From Octopus sinensis (lineage: Eukaryota): DNA of 64,000 nucleotides. The notes under the pieces are model-generated. The model made no database searches, was not told where the DNA came from, and saw nothing but the letters and a program-made list of their open reading frames with translations. This document shows, piece after piece, positions 13,301 to 26,611 of this stretch. The stretch is taken from contig NC_042998.1 in assembly GCF_006345805.1 (NCBI RefSeq), positions 169,508,001-169,572,000 of the forward strand, written 5' to 3'. Numbering within the stretch: the first letter of the stretch is position 1; each line of letters opens with the position of its first letter. Both the position numbers and the translations under genes were made by a program.

Positions 13301-16300
13301 AAATCACAGTTGTGGCTGATTCCAGTGCCATCTGACTGGCACTTGTGCTGGTGGCACATAAAAAGCATCACTCGAGTATTGGACCTCACTGAGGCAGTGA
13401 CAGGTGACCAAGACCTTTTGGTGATGGGAAGACCTGCCAAGGCAAGTGAGATTGTAGTTATGATCTTTGGCAGTGTCATGTAAATGGCACTTGTGTTGGT
13501 GACACATAAAAGGCACCCATTACTCTCTTGGCGTGGTTGGCATTAGGAAGGGCATTCAACCGTAGAAACCGTGCTAAATCAGACTTGAACCCGGTGCAGC
13601 TCTCCGGCTTATCGGTTCCAGTCAAATTGTTGAACCCATGTCAGCATGGAAAGCAGATGCTAAATGATGATGATAAAAAGAAGAAAAACTAATCCTTACA
13701 AGCCAGTAAGAGAGCCTCCACATAGTTGCTTAATTTGCTAATAATAGAAATGGATTCTCCTTAAAATCTTTCCTTACCATCTTAAAAGAGGAAGAACACA
13801 TTAGATAATGCGATCCAAAATGTACTGTCTAAAAATGATGGGATAATCACAGTTGAAACACTGTTAATCATAGGTTTGGTCAATCAGAGCTGACCATTCT
13901 CTAACTCTTTATGATCTAAACTGGCTCTACCTAGCCCAAGTATTCTACCTGTTTTATGTTCAATATGACCAGATCCAGCATCTCACACTATAATTTTATT
14001 CTTAAAAAAATACATTCACATCATCAAAATCTTGAAGCCATGAAGCAATGCATGATTAATTCAAGTCAATACGAATAAATAAACATTACATTTTACAGTG
14101 TAATCTGAATCCTAAAAAGATAAACAACAGAAATGTCTGAAAGCTGAGTCTTCCTCCCTCATTGAATGCTGTAGTAAAGCTTGAAATGGCTTATTATAAT
14201 TTTGTACTAGATTAGTTTTATTCCCTCTTTTGTACTCTAGTTTTCACTATACTTTTCTTTCATAGATCCTTTCAGATTCTTTTCTATAATAAAGAAATGT
14301 CACCTTATCAGATATGTAAATGAAATTCTATCATTAACTCAATAAGTTTTGATAAGGATTTCTTGAATCTGTTTATGAGTGCATTTGTTTAGCTATAAAT
14401 TCTGAAAATTGAAATTAATTGTTCTGTTCTGTGTTTTAATGCGTGTATTGTTTACAAAAAATCATTGTTGTCATATCAAAGTAAAATTTTAAACTCTAAA
14501 ATTTCGTTTTCTATCATCTGTAAATGGTAAACTCAACTATTGAGAATCTATTTTAAGCTTGTTTGTAACTTTTCTTACTATTTACCATATTTTCTGGCAT
14601 ATAAGTCAACATTGTATACAGTGTATTAACATTCAAACATTGTGCCTATCTTTCTAAATCCTGCTGCAATTCACATAGAATTTTTGTTCTAAAAAATTTA
14701 ACCTGTATGACAGAAAATATGATATTAATATTTCACTCTTAAGAATTTCTTGAAGTACCAACAAAAAATGAGAAAATTTTCTCCAATTTCATAATTTTTC
14801 ATTTATAAAAACAATAATCTTTTATTTTATTTAATTTAATCACAGTCTCCATGAAGCCATCCAAAATGAAAAAAATTGCAAGATAAAATCTCTTCTTCTT
14901 GACTTGGATCATAGATATGTAAGTTTACATTTCATTTGTAAATGAGAAATGCAGTGTCTATGTTTCAGATCACTGAATCTCAATTACAAAATGTTTTGAG
15001 AGGATATCAAGTTTTATTAACCTTTTAGCATTTAAACCTACCATATCCAACCTAAATAGTCTCTCTATTTTATGTTCAAATTGGCTAGATCTGACCTCTC
15101 ACATCTGACCTCAGTGTTACTCAAAAAATAAACAATCACTTCATCAAAATCTTGAAGCTACAACATAATACTTGATTAATTCAAATCAATGAAAATAAGC
15201 ATTATATTTGCCACAGTAATCTAAACCTCTAAAGGTTAAGGAGTGGTCATATGAACAAACAAAACTTGTGTCTGAAAATAAGGAAATGGGTGGGCAATTT
15301 GATCTTGATTTTATCAAAATTTATTAGGTAAGGTAACTGTGTTTGAATTACAGATGGATGAGGTATTAGATGGCTTGTTAGTGGGTCATGACTTCTAATC
15401 TACCGTATATGTTACATTGAAACTGTGAGATCAGCACTGTGCTGTTGTTCATTTATTTGTTAGTAACAGATACCAGATTATGTAGGAATACTACAAAGTG
15501 ATAGTTGTCAACTTATCTGAGGGAAGATTTGTTTCACCTATTTCATGTCAAGAAACTGGAGCTAAGCAGTGGCTCTTAATGTGACTCCTTCTCTTTGCCC
15601 TTGAAAAAAATATCATGATCATATTACAGGCACAGGTATGACTGTGTGATAAGAAGTTTGCTTCCTAACCACATGGTTCTAGGTACAGTCCCACTGTGTG
15701 GCACCTTGGGCAAGTGTCTTCTACTATAGCCTTGGGCCAACCAAAGCCTTGTGAGTGGATTTGGTAGACGGAAACTGAAAGAAGCCCATCGTATATATGT
15801 ATATATATATCTTTGTGTGTGTATATGTTTGTGTGTCTGTGTTTGTCCCCCCAGCATTGCTTGATAACTGATGCTGGTGTGTTTACATCCCTGTAACTTA
15901 GTGGTTCAGCAAAAGAGACCGATAGAATAAGTACTAGGCTTACAAAGAATAAGTCCTGGGGTCGATTTGCTCGACTAAAGGCAGTGCTTCAGCATGGCTG
16001 CAGTCAAATGACTGAAACAAGTAAAAGAGTAATATATATATATCTGTGTGTGTGTGTGTGTGTGTCTGTACCCCCCACCATCGCTTGACAACTGATGTTG
16101 CTGTGTTTATGTCCCTGCAACTTAGCCTTTTGGCAAAACACACTGATAGAATAAGTACTAGGCTTACAAAGAATAAATCCTGGGGTTGATTTCTTTGACT
16201 GAAGGTGATGCTCCTCTACCACCTTCATTTCTTCTTAGGTAGAATCTGTCAACATCACTGTTTTTGTGGAAGTTCCCAGTTGTTGGCAGTATTTTGCAGG

Positions 16301-17511
16301 TTTTGATATTTATGGAGTGGATTTCCTCTAAAGACCAATCAAATATCCCAAATGTCGGGATCAGTACTGGCACTGCAAATGCATAGTGGGATATTGTTTT
16401 GTTGTAAGAGGAGAGTTCCGACTGCCATATTTTCCTAAATCTGGTGTATGTGTATATGTATGCAATATACTCATACATATACACTTGAATAGTCACAACA
16501 CAAATGGAAGAGAGATAGTAAGGATAAATTGAGTGTTTCATTAAATATATCTGTAACCTATAGCTGTTAGATTCTATATTATACAACAATTTCTCAGTTA
16601 GAATTGTTTTTTTTTTCTCTGATTTTCTTCTTTTTTTTCTTCAGATGCAGGTTTACTCAGATGAAAAATTCTGCCGTTACAACATGTTTAACAACTATTT
16701 TTTCAACAATACAACAGCTTTTGAAAACTATCAAAGGTTCATTGCTGAAGAAGATGCAACGAAGAAATTAGCAGTTGTTTTTGATCCACCTTTTGGATGT
16801 ATGATTGAAGTATTGGCTCATTCTTACAATAATCTACTGAAACAGTGGCAGAGTCTATCGAAAAGTACTGACCTCATTAAATTTTTTTAAATTGTCTTTT
16901 ACACTCTCATCTGTTTCCAAATAAGGTAAAGGACAATGTTTGCATGACAGTGATACTTGTTTACGACTATCACATGATACCAAGGCTAGGTGACACTAAC
17001 ACACACAAAATATATGTTAGCAACAGAGGCAGCGTTAACACCAAGAGATGATGATGATAAACATGGATGCTCTTTCTATTAGAACAAACTTAACTTCAGT
17101 AGTTATCATGAGAGAAACTCTCATATTGGCTTTTTGTTACAAAATGTACCAAGGGGATAAAATACTGTCTCTTCCTAATATATATTTAGCTAATCGTGAC
17201 ACCACTGCCTGTCCTGGTACTGTCAATTTATATATCTCTGGCGAGGAGATCAATCACTGCTGCCTTTAGCAGTCAAGTGTCCATCATTGACAAGACCAAG
17301 CAAGGTTGAAATCACAGGATCTGGTGGTCTTGGTACTGGAGGTAGTGGGGATTTGTCTCCCCACTAGTGATATAAACAAGTGTGCATTTTGCACCAAAAA
17401 TCTAATATGAGAGTTTCTCTCCTAGTAACTACTACTGTAAAGTTTGTTCTAATAGAACATCCATGTTGAAATGGAGATAAATATTTCCTCTCAGTATTAA
17501 TAGTGACTGTC

Positions 17512-17542
<31 letters not shown>

Positions 17543-20500
17543 CACACACACACATCATCATCACCCATATACACGATGGGCTTCTTTCAATCTCCATCAA
17601 ATCCATTCACAAGGCTTTCGTTGGCCCCAAACTATTGTAGAAGACACTTGTTCGAGGTGCCATACAGTGGGACTGACCTCAAACACCATTTGGTTGAGAA
17701 GCAAACTTCTTATTTCTTTATTGCCCACAAGGGGCTAAACATAGAGGGGACAAACAAGGACAGACAAAGGGATTAAGTTGATTATATCGACCCCAGTGCG
17801 TAACTGGTTCTTAATTTATCGACCCTGAAAGGATGAAAGGCAAAGTCGACCTCGGTGGAATTTGAACTCAGAACATGATGGTAAACAAAATACTGCTGAG
17901 CATTTCGCCCGGCATGCTAACGTTTCTGCCAGCTCACCGCCTTCTTACCACACAACTACACCAGTACATTATATGAATTATTAATCTAAAAGCATTTTCA
18001 GTAATAAACTAATATTCAATCTCACCTTTACCATATTTTATTTTCCACGAAAAAAGGACAAATTCAGTTATTGTTATTATTAAATTCAAAGCCTTTTTTT
18101 TTTATATTTCTTCCTTTAGAAACATCTGAAAGTGTATTACCAGCAATAATAATTCTACCATATTTTATGGAAAAGAGAGTTCAAGATTCCTTTACAGGGT
18201 TCTTTATGCTTGATTATAAGGTAAAGTATCATCTGCATATTTTTAATTACAAAGTAAAAAGTGTCATCATCATTATCATATGTTTAGCATCTTCTTTTCC
18301 ATGCCTGCACCTATATATATATATATATTTTTTATTTTATGCAAAACAGATTTCATATACCAATCATCGTCAGTTTACAGAGGAACATTCAGATAAGAAG
18401 TCAACAGTGAGAATATTTACCAATATTGAACGTCATTTGATTCATTTACCTGAAAATGAAGGCTACTGGTATGTAAAAATATGAACTGTCTTTCATCAGC
18501 AGAATTTTCCCTCTCTCCAAATGTTTTCTATGATACAAATGCTGGAAATATACTGCCTTATGATTTAGGGAATTTGGGGAGCTTTTGACTCTACTTTTGA
18601 ACCAGTTTCTTGACTCTGTTTCCTTGGTCCTAGGGAAAAGAAACAGATACCAGTAGCTTCTAATAATCCAAGAAACACTTCGCAATTGCCATGCTTATTA
18701 TACATAAATGGAAAAAGAAAATTATGATTTTTTTAAAGATCACAATAAAAAATAGAATGATTACAACACGGAAGACACACTTTAACCATTCAAGACACAC
18801 AAAAACCATTAACTTCACTTGAATAATTATTATTTGATGTCCAAATTTTTGTAACACCAATTGCAACCTAATCACTGATGCAGTGGAATTATGTGAATGA
18901 CCAGGTAGCTGTTGATACGATGAAGATTATGACACCAAATAAATGTTTAAGTGAAGTTAACAGTTTAAGTGTATTTTTGATTGGCCAATAGGTCTTCCTT
19001 CCTGAAATAATTTTAGATTAAATCACTTGCCTGGTGAGTTCACCATAAAAAAAAAGAAGAAAAAAAAGACTATTGTTCCACTTTCTTCAGTAAAACAAAA
19101 TTAATATTTATCTCATACACTGGTACAATAAGTTGAATCTATTGCCTTGACTGGATTTTTATGATTCAATCAATCAATCTCATACTTTATAATACATACA
19201 GGAAAATGTGTTATAACCAGAAAAACATAAGGATGCCAATAACAGGTTTGAACTTATGATCCATGAGCTGGTTAGTAATTCATTTCATCTGTGCACTTTT
19301 GTTTGATGTGAGTTTTACCATTTTCTCTTGAGTTACATTTATTTAAGTGTATCTTGTTGTTAGTCACAGATTAGAGTTATTTAACAAACCTATAATAAAA
19401 GGCATTCTAGCCATAAACATCATATTTTTTTTGCATACCTATCATTATATTGTTCATGTCCTTCCATTTCAAAAACAGTAGGATGTGATTTGAGAGAGAT
19501 TTGGCTACAATTTCTAGTAGCTTTAGACAATACAGAGAGGATCCCTCATTCACTCGTTTTCATTCATCTATTTCATTTTGGTTGTTGTTGCTGTTAATCT
19601 CAAATCAGCTCTGATGAAGCAAATCTTTAACCAACAGCACATTTATCAAGATAATCACTGGTTCTTCTCATTTTGAAGCTGTGAGTGGGAAATAAACCCA
19701 AATTTCCCACAAAGTTTAATTGCTTCTTTATATTTTCTGATTTTGTTTTATTTTAACTTATTTAATTGTATGTGAGATTTTGTCTGAAAATCCACTAGAC
19801 ACTACATGAGAGGCATTATAACTGAAATGAAACTAATACTATTTTTTTTCTTCCTTAAAATTTTATTTTAATAGGTATTGTGATATATGTTGCTGTTATT
19901 CATCTCCTGAAAACAAACACTGCAATAAATGTGGCAGTTGTACTTCAAAAGTAAATTTTTGTTTTATATTTTAATATTTTTAATGAACTAATTAAAATCA
20001 AGTAATCATATATACATATATAAACAGAATGCCACATCTTGAAAGCTGGAATCAATAATATGTACACACTCATACACATGCACACATATCATTATCATCA
20101 TTTAATGTCTGTTTTCCATGTTGGCATGGGTTGAATGGTTTGACCAAAGCTGGTAAAGCCATAGACCATACCAGGTTTCATAGCCTGTTTTTGTAGATTC
20201 AACATAGATTTAATTGTAAAAATCTCTACTTGTAAACAAAATTTTAAAATGAATTTAAAAATACCTTCAAAAGTCATTGTTTATAGTTTTTCTGTTATAT
20301 TTTAGGATGGCAAGACATATGTCCACTGTGATAAATGTGCAAGATGTGTAAAACCAAACAGAGTTCACTGTGATATTTGCCAAATTTGTCAAACTAATGG
20401 ACATCAGTGTAATGTGAAATCTATGAAATGTAAGTACAGAACTCAAAAAAGAAAGCTATTTAATTTACCTATTATTCTTTAACAATTCTTTCTTAAACAG

Positions 20501-22324
20501 CCTTTCATTTAGAGTTGTTGCATTGTATATAAATAGAATTAAATTATTTTCTCTTAGATTATTCTTCAATTTAAAAGGATATTACAGTTTTGAAACAAAA
20601 GGGATTAGTTTTACCTAGTTCCATCCATCTTCTTCATTTTCTGCCACTATTTTGCCTACATTTGTACAGCATTGGATCTAAGTGACAAAAGCTTGTATAA
20701 CATTTTTGCCACTCACTCACTTGCCATAATAGGTTCCAGTGATAAGCATTGCAAGATGGCTCGGTACTATTGTGACTTCAAGTTTTATGTCAGAGTATCT
20801 TTCTACTAGAAGAGCTGCCTTCCCAATGGCCTTGTCCAAAATAACGAGAGCTTTCTCTATTCATGAGAAATCTATTTAAACCATAGAGAGGACCCTGACA
20901 GATACTACCATGCTCCTCACAACTCCAGAACTCCCAAACTGATGTCTCAACAATGGATGCAGTTTAATGTCATACCCGTATACATTTACATAATGGGCTT
21001 CTTTCAGTTTCCATCTATCAATTTGCTCATGGTGCTATGCGGTGGAACTGAACTCAGCCATATGGTTTGGAAGTGAACTTCTTAACTACTCAATCATGCC
21101 TGTACCCATCATAGATATATGCATGTGTGTGCATGTATGTGTGCATGTTCATGCACATGTGTGTTTATGTCATGACATCACATGATAGTTGTAAATGAGT
21201 ATTGCAGTCATAGAAGTGATGTTGTTAATTTTCCATGAAAACATGTCCTGCTATGAGGAAATTATAAAAACAAGTAAGGGTTGAGGACAGGAAGGGCATC
21301 CAGTTGCAGAATATTTGTCTCAACAAATTCCACCTGACCCATGCAAGCACAGAAAAGTGGAATTAAAATGACGATGATAGTGGTGGTGTACTGTTTTGAA
21401 AATTGTACATCAATTTATCAATTTCTTCAAATATAAATTATTGCTATTCTGCGTTTTGTTTTTTTTTTTATCTGGAAATCACAGATGCCTTCTTTGATAG
21501 CTTCTAGCTCAATCTTTAAAGAAAATTTATTTGACAGCAAAATAAAGAGAAAAATTATCTTTTTCTGAAACTTAAACTTTTAGAACATTTGAGCAGCTTC
21601 ATGTAACTAACTGCTACAAGATATTTAAATCTGGAATGTTTTCTATTGTAAAATATGCAAATGAGATTAGGAAAAGAGGTATGTTTTAAATTAATTTTGT
21701 CATAAATTTTTTAAATTTTATTTTTTTAAGCTGGATGTCATATCTGTGGAGATTTAACTCACAAAAGGAAAGTATGTCCTCAAAGCCAAAGTAATATATT
21801 AAATAAAAGGTAATTCATTTTATGTACATTGAAATTTTGGCTCAAGGTCAGTAAATTTGGGGGCAGGATAATTCAATTACATTGACCCCAGTGCACAACT
21901 GGAACTTATTCTATCAACCCCAGCACACAACTGGAACTTATCCTATTGGCCCCAAAGGGATTAAAGACAAAGTCAACTTCAGCAGAATTTGAACTCAGAA
22001 TGCAAAGACAGACGAAATTCTGCTAAGCATTTAACCCTGCGTGCTAACATTTCTGGCAACTCATTACCTTTATTCATTTTATTCTTTTACTTGTTTCAGT
22101 CATTTGACTGCAGCCATGCTGGTGCACCACCTTTAAGAGTGTTAGTAAAAGAAATCAACTACTGGACTTATTCTTTGTATGCCTAGTACTTATTCTATCA
22201 GTCTCTTTTGCTAAACTGCTAAGTTATGGGGACATAAATACACTAGCATCGGTTGTCAAGCGATGGCTTGGGGACAAACCCAAACACACAAATATATACA
22301 TATATATATATATACACACACACT

Positions 22325-22362
<38 letters not shown>

Positions 22363-25300
22363 GCTTCTTCCAGTTTCCATCTACCAAATCCACTCACAAG
22401 GCTTTGGTCGGCCTGAGGTTATATTAGAAGACACTTGCCCAAGGTGCCATGCAATGGGACTGTGCCTGGAACCATGTCATTGAGAAGCAAGCTTCAAGCT
22501 TCTTACCACACAGCTACACCGGTACCTATATATATATGTATATTGAAAGAAATTATTTGCTATGTTGATTAGAAAAAAAAATTTGCGTCCTCTATATCCT
22601 CATTCCAAGTACTTCCACCCTCTTTTATATAATACAGGGTTGCCTTGTATTTCTTCTATAGCAAGACACCTGGGTTTGTCTTTCCATCACGTTTTAGCCT
22701 TCTCACCCTCTCAAATACTACCCACCTTTTTTAGTCAAGCTGGTTTTTTCTCCCCCTCCCTTCTTGTCTTCCAAGTTACTCAGGGAGCTTGACTCAGCCC
22801 TGCACTTTGCTAAATCCTCTCACACCGTCCAACCTATGTCAGCATGAAAAAAGGGTGTTAAATGGTGTTGATTATACATACACACGTGTGTGTGTGTGCA
22901 TGGAGGTACATGGCTTAGTGGTTAGGGTATTGAACTCATGATCGTTAGATTATGGATTCAATTCCTAACTGGGTTGGGCAATGCTTTGTGTTCTGGAGCA
23001 GATCTCTTCATTTCACATTGCTCCAGTCCACTCAGCTAGCAAAATAGAATATTCCTGCATTGGATTGGTGTCCCATCCAGGTTGGAATAATTACACCTCA
23101 GAAACTAGGAAACTGGCCCTATGAGTTTATATGTCACAAGAGGGATCTTTATCCTATATTTAAATGTGTGTATGTATACTGCTCTCCACCAACCCTACCT
23201 TACTGCTCCATCACCTTGCATTTTCCCTCCAAGACCCCCCATTTCTTCATCCCTCATAATGTACTCTCTTAACTTTTGTTTATTACCTGCTCTTACACTT
23301 CTAAGATGCCCTCTAGGTTTTCTTTCTCTTACTACACCCATCCACCCACTGTTTCCCCTTATTTGTGTCTCTGTTTCTGCCTATCCTCTTCACTGTCTCC
23401 TCATCTACTTCTCTGACTTTCCATCTATGATGCATTTATTATTATTATTATTATTATTATTTTGTCTGCTGCTATGTTTTGAGTTCTAATTCCACCAAGG
23501 TTGACTTTGGCTTTCATCCTTTCAGGGTCGATAAATTAGTGCCAGTGAAACACTGGGTTCAATGTAATCGACTAGTCTCGTCCTCCCAAATTTCAGGCCT
23601 TGTGCCTTTAGTAGAAAGGATTATTATTATTATTATTATTATTTTTATTAATTTATTTAGTTTGCGGTGAGTTCAAATTCCATGATAGTCACTTTTGCTT
23701 TTCATTCCCACAGTTACTGAAATATGTACCAGTCAAATACTGGATTTAATTTAATCAACTATAACAGAAATTACTAAGGAATTGTTGAAGTGTCTATTGT
23801 CCTTACAGACCTTCAGAAAGAAGAGTTGGTAATTTATCAAAGTATATGGGTTTTTTTTATAAGGACATGTATTTACATGTGCTAATGCCATGCAACAAAC
23901 TACAGCCATGAGTTTGGAGTATTAGATTTTGAGTATCTGGTATCTCAGCAACACATTTTTGATGTGTAATTAATCTATTTATATGTCCTGTATGCATTGT
24001 TTCTTGGTACAAAGGTGCAGTTTTATATAGTCTGTAGTTTTTGTTGATGCCCAGATAAAATCAGTATAGATTTCAGACCTAATATGTTGTCTGTAAATAA
24101 ATGAATGTTTATTTGTAATACTTTTTGCTTTGACTTTTGTTCCTAATCTATCACTTAGATTTTTGAGTTTAAATTATACCAGAATCAGCTGTATCTTTCA
24201 CTTCATGAAAATATGAGGATAAGGATCAGATAACTGATCTATGTTATTGAATGTAAAGATCCCTATCATATCATTTGATTGTCTTAGTATATTGATAATA
24301 ATTAATGATAACAAATATGAGGACAGCTGTGTAAAAAAAGTGCTGATCTCTAACTGTGGAGGGAACCTGTCAAAAGAGGTACACCAAGGAAGATATGGGA
24401 TGAGGTGGTGAAACATGACCTTCAAATGCTGGGCCTCACAGAGGCAATGACGAATGACTGAAACCTTTGGCAATATGCTGTGCTTGCGAAGACCTGTCAA
24501 GCCAAGTGAAACTGTAATCATAGCTGATGCTGGTATCACGTAACAAGCACATAAAAAGCACCCTTCGAACATTGGGCCACATGGAGGTGATAAGTGACTG
24601 AGACTTTTGGCTATATGCTGTGCTTGAGAAGACTCCTTAAGCCAAGTGAAATCATAGTTGTGGCTGATGCTGATGTCACATAACTGGCACAGAAAAAGCA
24701 CCCATTACACTCTTGGAATGGTTGGTGTTGGGAAGGGCATCCAGCCATAGAAACTATGCCAAATCAAACTGGAACCTGGTGCAGCTCTCCAGCTTACCAG
24801 TTTCAGTCAAACCATCTAACCCATGCCAGCATGGAAAGCAGACGCTAAATGATGATGATGAAATAAGGCTAAGTAATAAACAATAACAATTTTGTAGTTA
24901 CATCCGAACATTTGAATCCCTACTTCTTTGCCACAGGTTTTAATTATTCTTTCACACACATGTTTTCTTTACTCTAACTCATGAAGGAGACACAGTTTCT
25001 GATCCAAACATCAGTGTTTCATGTTACTGCTCAATTTCCCTATTGTCTGAATGTCATCATCATATGTCTGTTTTCTTTGTTGGTATGGTTTGAACAATTT
25101 TACAGAGTCCAGTGAGCTACAGTGCTGTGTCAGGTCCCAATGTCAGCTTTGGTATGGTTTCTACAACTGGATGCCTATCCTAATGCCAATCACAGTGTGT
25201 GTTGGGTGCTTCTTTCATGACACCCACACTAGTGGGGTTGCCGAGTAACTTGCAAGAGAAAATAAAGGAAGGGAAAGGATGATGCCCTATTGATTTGAGA

Positions 25301-25561
25301 GAGGGGAGTGGATTTATGCAAAGTGTTTGAGATTATAGTATAATCTCACAGGTGCCTTACTATAAAGGAGATACATAGCTTCCTCACTTGGGTGAGTGTA
25401 GCTGGAAGGGAAATAAAGATAGATACTTTATATATTTTATTTTTTATTTTACTATGTTTTTAAGAAATTAATTTTATTTTTTCTTTCATGATTTCAGAAA
25501 ACAGAAAATTTCAAATGAAGCTACTAACTGTAAAAAAAAGAAAAGAAAACTAAAACCTTAA
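6197..25561 (+). CDS. ZCCHC4: rRNA N6-adenosine methyltransferase ZCCHC4, 12 coding exons: join(6197..6269,8469..8670,9857..10046,12486..12577,14846..14918,16645..16864,18120..18220,18350..18468,19875..19950,20306..20429,21731..21809,25498..25561)
   Basis: Manual splicing at GT-AG sites gives 1413 nt (470 aa plus stop) with consistent phases. Motifs occur in ZCCHC4 order: N-terminal zinc finger (PHCAHGPTLLF...[15 protein letters not shown]), methyltransferase core ([34 protein letters not shown]), Cys-rich region and CCHC knuckle ([15 protein letters not shown]). Family recognised from recalled motifs; no database search run. Confidence 0.95.
7040..7340. repeat. Unclassified (TA)n-anchored repeat; second copy at 50877-51030
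   Basis: AATGGGACA...AAAACATCCGGACAACTAGGTGATACAAAAAGGGACAAC...CTCAGTCAAGAACC is shared, and both copies start directly at a (TA)n tract. Confidence 0.7.
8469..8670 (+). CDS. ZCCHC4: ZCCHC4 exon 2 (zinc finger)
   Basis: tttgtag|GG CCA: [39 protein letters not shown]...; donor AG|GTAATA. Confidence 0.95.
9857..10046 (+). CDS. ZCCHC4: ZCCHC4 exon 3
   Basis: [24 protein letters not shown]...[12 protein letters not shown]; donor GTGAGT. Confidence 0.92.
10094..10507. mobile_element. TIR-bounded non-autonomous element with an internal CCCTAA-like motif
   Basis: GGATCTTTTTGGTTTGAACGGCAGTTTTT pairs with AAAAAACTGCCATTCAAACCAAAAAAATCC; CCCTAACCCTAAACCCTAA lies near 10390. Confidence 0.6.
12486..12577 (+). 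CDS. ZCCHC4: ZCCHC4 exon 4
   Basis: ttcag|[30 protein letters not shown]; donor AG|GTAAGT. Confidence 0.92.
14846..14918 (+). CDS. ZCCHC4: ZCCHC4 exon 5
   Basis: cacag|T: [24 protein letters not shown]; donor GTAAGT. Confidence 0.92.
15021..15235. mobile_element. piggyBac-like MITE, family 2
   Basis: TTAA-flanked with CC(C/T)TTTAG TIR; similar to the 29702-29921 and 42142-42361 copies. Confidence 0.65.
15605..16030 (+). mobile_element. SINE family A, ZCCHC4 intron 5
   Basis: Full head-to-tail match to the 2585 copy. Confidence 0.85.
16205..16445 (-). mobile_element. Non-LTR retrotransposon fragment, R4/Dong-like post-RT region
   Basis: [27 protein letters not shown]...[17 protein letters not shown]. 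Confidence 0.6.
16645..16864 (+). CDS. ZCCHC4: ZCCHC4 exon 6 (DPPF catalytic motif)
   Basis: ttcag|[20 protein letters not shown]...[17 protein letters not shown]...WQSLSK. The 3' end is inferred from phase because the donor GTACTG is weak. Confidence 0.9.
17010..17490. mobile_element. MITE with ~80 bp inverted repeats; related copy at 27780-28190
   Basis: 17062-17135 is the reverse complement of 17395-17466; the interior matches 27920-28190. Confidence 0.6.
18120..18220 (+). CDS. ZCCHC4: ZCCHC4 exon 7
   Basis: ctttag|AA: [33 protein letters not shown]; donor GTAAAG. Confidence 0.92.
18350..18468 (+). CDS. ZCCHC4: ZCCHC4 exon 8
   Basis: aacag|ISYTNHRQF...[22 protein letters not shown]; donor TG|GTATGT. 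Confidence 0.92.
19875..19950 (+). CDS. ZCCHC4: ZCCHC4 exon 9
   Basis: aatag|G: [25 protein letters not shown]; donor GTAAAT. Confidence 0.93.
20306..20429 (+). CDS. ZCCHC4: ZCCHC4 exon 10
   Basis: tttag|[41 protein letters not shown]; donor T|GTAAGT. Confidence 0.93.
21731..21809 (+). CDS. ZCCHC4: ZCCHC4 exon 11 (CCHC knuckle)
   Basis: ttaag|CT: [25 protein letters not shown]; donor AG|GTAATT. Confidence 0.93.
24330..24860 (+). mobile_element. Non-autonomous RTE-tail element
   Basis: Shares ...CCATGCCAGCATGGAAAGCAGACGCTAAATGATGATG with the LINE at 36240. Copies at ~8680, 9260, 11480-11820, 12600-12900, 13100-13680, 26670, 32340-32580, 38400-38670 and 42800-43040. Confidence 0.75.
25498..25561 (+). 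CDS. ZCCHC4: ZCCHC4 last coding exon (basic NLS-like tail)
   Basis: tttcag|A: [20 protein letters not shown]. Phase 2 matches the previous donor. Confidence 0.75.
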
Positions 25562-26373
25562 ATATTAATTTATGATTAAATGTTATCCAAATCTGAGAAT
25601 TTATTTTTGTATTTTTGGACAGTTCATTTTCATGTGTTATTTTTTTTTTATTCTTGTTCAATTTTTTTACTGTCATTTAATCATTTAGTCCTGAGTGAGC
25701 AAATTTGTGATCAAAAGCATTCCACTTATGATCATCCCATCTTTTTTAAAGATATCTAAGACATTATCTAATATGTCCTTTTCCTTTTTTTTTTTAAATC
25801 AGCAAGCTGTGATTGGAAAGAAATTTGGCTGCTATTTCTTGTAGGCTAAGTGACCACATAGAGGTTTTTTCATTGTGTTTAGTTTCTATTTGACTAGTGA
25901 TTGAGAAAAACAGCCCAGCAAAGCCAACTTTCCTTCTTGAATGCTTTATATTTCACAATAACCAACTGATAATGTCATTAAAAGTAAAATTTCACAGATT
26001 CTAGAATCCTCCATTTAGTGTTGCCAACAAGATGAAATCTTCGTAGCCCATTTTATAAAATTACACTAGCAGTCATAGCAGGTTAAGAAGTTTGCTTCAC
26101 AATCACTGTGTCTCAGATTTGAGCCTACTGCATAGCACCTTGAGCAAGTATCTTGTACTATAATCTTAGGTTGATCAATAGTGGAATTTAGTCGACTGAA
26201 ACTGTGCAGATGCTCAGTATATATATTTGTGTGTATGTGTGTGTTTTGCATATGTATATTGATGAAAGATGTAAACATTAGCAAAAACCAATGGTCTTTG
26301 ACCTAAGACTTTTGCAATCTTTGTTTTGCATCAAGTTACAGACACTAACCATCATTAGAAAGGTTGTGAACCT

Positions 26374-26611
26374 TTCTAAAGGCGGTGAGCTGGCAGAAAC
26401 GTCAGCGCACTGGGCGAAATGCTTTGCGGTATTTCATCCGCTACTACGTTTTCAGTTCAAATTCCGCCGAGGTCGACTTTGCCTTTCATCCTTTTGGGGT
26501 CGATTAAATACGTACCAGTTACGCACTGGAGTCGATATAATCGACTTAATTCGTTTGTCTGTCCTTGTTTGTCCCCTCTGTGTGTAGCCCCTTGTGGGCA
26601 GTAAAGAAATA
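26374..26611 (+). mobile_element. SINE family B, young copy with 17 bp target-site duplication
   Basis: AGAAAGGTTGTGAACCT at 26357-26373 and 26612-26628. Other copies: ~4040-4490(+), 10870-11340(-), 12060-12275(-), 17705-17945(-), 21830-22060(-), 23440-23620(+), 53990-54210(-), 61195-61500(+). Confidence 0.88.
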
